Source: Camelus dromedarius
Lineage: Eukaryota
Direction of reading: 5' to 3'
DNA: 64,000 bases
Assembly (NCBI RefSeq): GCF_036321535.1
Contig: NC_087436.1
Span: forward strand, 107,944,001 to 108,008,000
This document shows, piece after piece, positions 63,791-64,000 of this stretch. The translations under genes and the position numbers were made by a program. The notes under the pieces are model-generated. The model did no database searches. It was not told the origin of the DNA and worked only from the letters and a program-made list of their open reading frames with translations. Every line of letters starts with the position of its first letter. Positions within the stretch are counted from its first letter, which is position 1.

Positions 63791-64000
63791 GAGAAATTTC
63801 ATGTTCTAGTATAGTTTGCTTCATCCTTTACAAATACCTTTGCTGAGAATGGAAGTGATGTGTGAGGAAGCTGTTACCATGGTAAATTTAGATTTTCAGT
63901 AATGAAAGCAAAGTTCCTTTGCAAAAGTCAAACTAAATGTCACAGGTGATTTTCTAGTTGCAAGTTTTTTTATGTTTATTTTTCGAAAGTATTTTTTTTT

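Noticed and set aside
1..64000. tRNA, rRNA, snRNA genes or processed pseudogenes
   Set aside because: No cloverleaf, rRNA or snRNA sequence and no long decayed non-TE reading frame recognised; tRNA-like similarity is limited to MIR heads.

Overview
Non-coding placental-mammal DNA, AT-rich and repeat-dense; I find no supportable protein-coding gene, RNA gene or CRISPR/prokaryotic system. The window holds many ancient MIR, L2, CR1/L3, hAT and Tigger fossils and seven solo LTRs (MER41-like, MER34-like, another ERV1, LTR33-like, three MLT1). At 54.1-61.9 kb an old L1ME/HAL1-type element of about 8 kb carries nested L1MC1- and L1MA9-type copies. Several young, very short L1 3' ends have target-site duplications (TSDs). 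Their sequence, with no Alu, B1, Can-SINE, PRE-1, CHR or Bov-A/BovB elements seen, points to a camelid-like cetartiodactyl (inference). Mostly minus-strand L1/LTR orientation suggests an intron of a large plus-strand gene (inference). The supplied ORFs are chance ORFs or L1 ORF2 remnants. Best leads: (i) young L1 copies 5'-truncated at or near the 3'UTR G-quadruplex tract, (ii) a patchwork templated insertion at 16.46-16.51 kb, (iii) an enhancer-like repeat-free block at 40.6-41.35 kb, (iv) an AT-rich but CpG-retaining zone with a minus-strand splice donor at 44.2-45.7 kb, and (v) a MER41-like solo LTR. Repeat family names are from recalled consensus sequences, not a database search. Boundaries without a stated TSD are approximate. 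No new biological system can be claimed from sequence alone.
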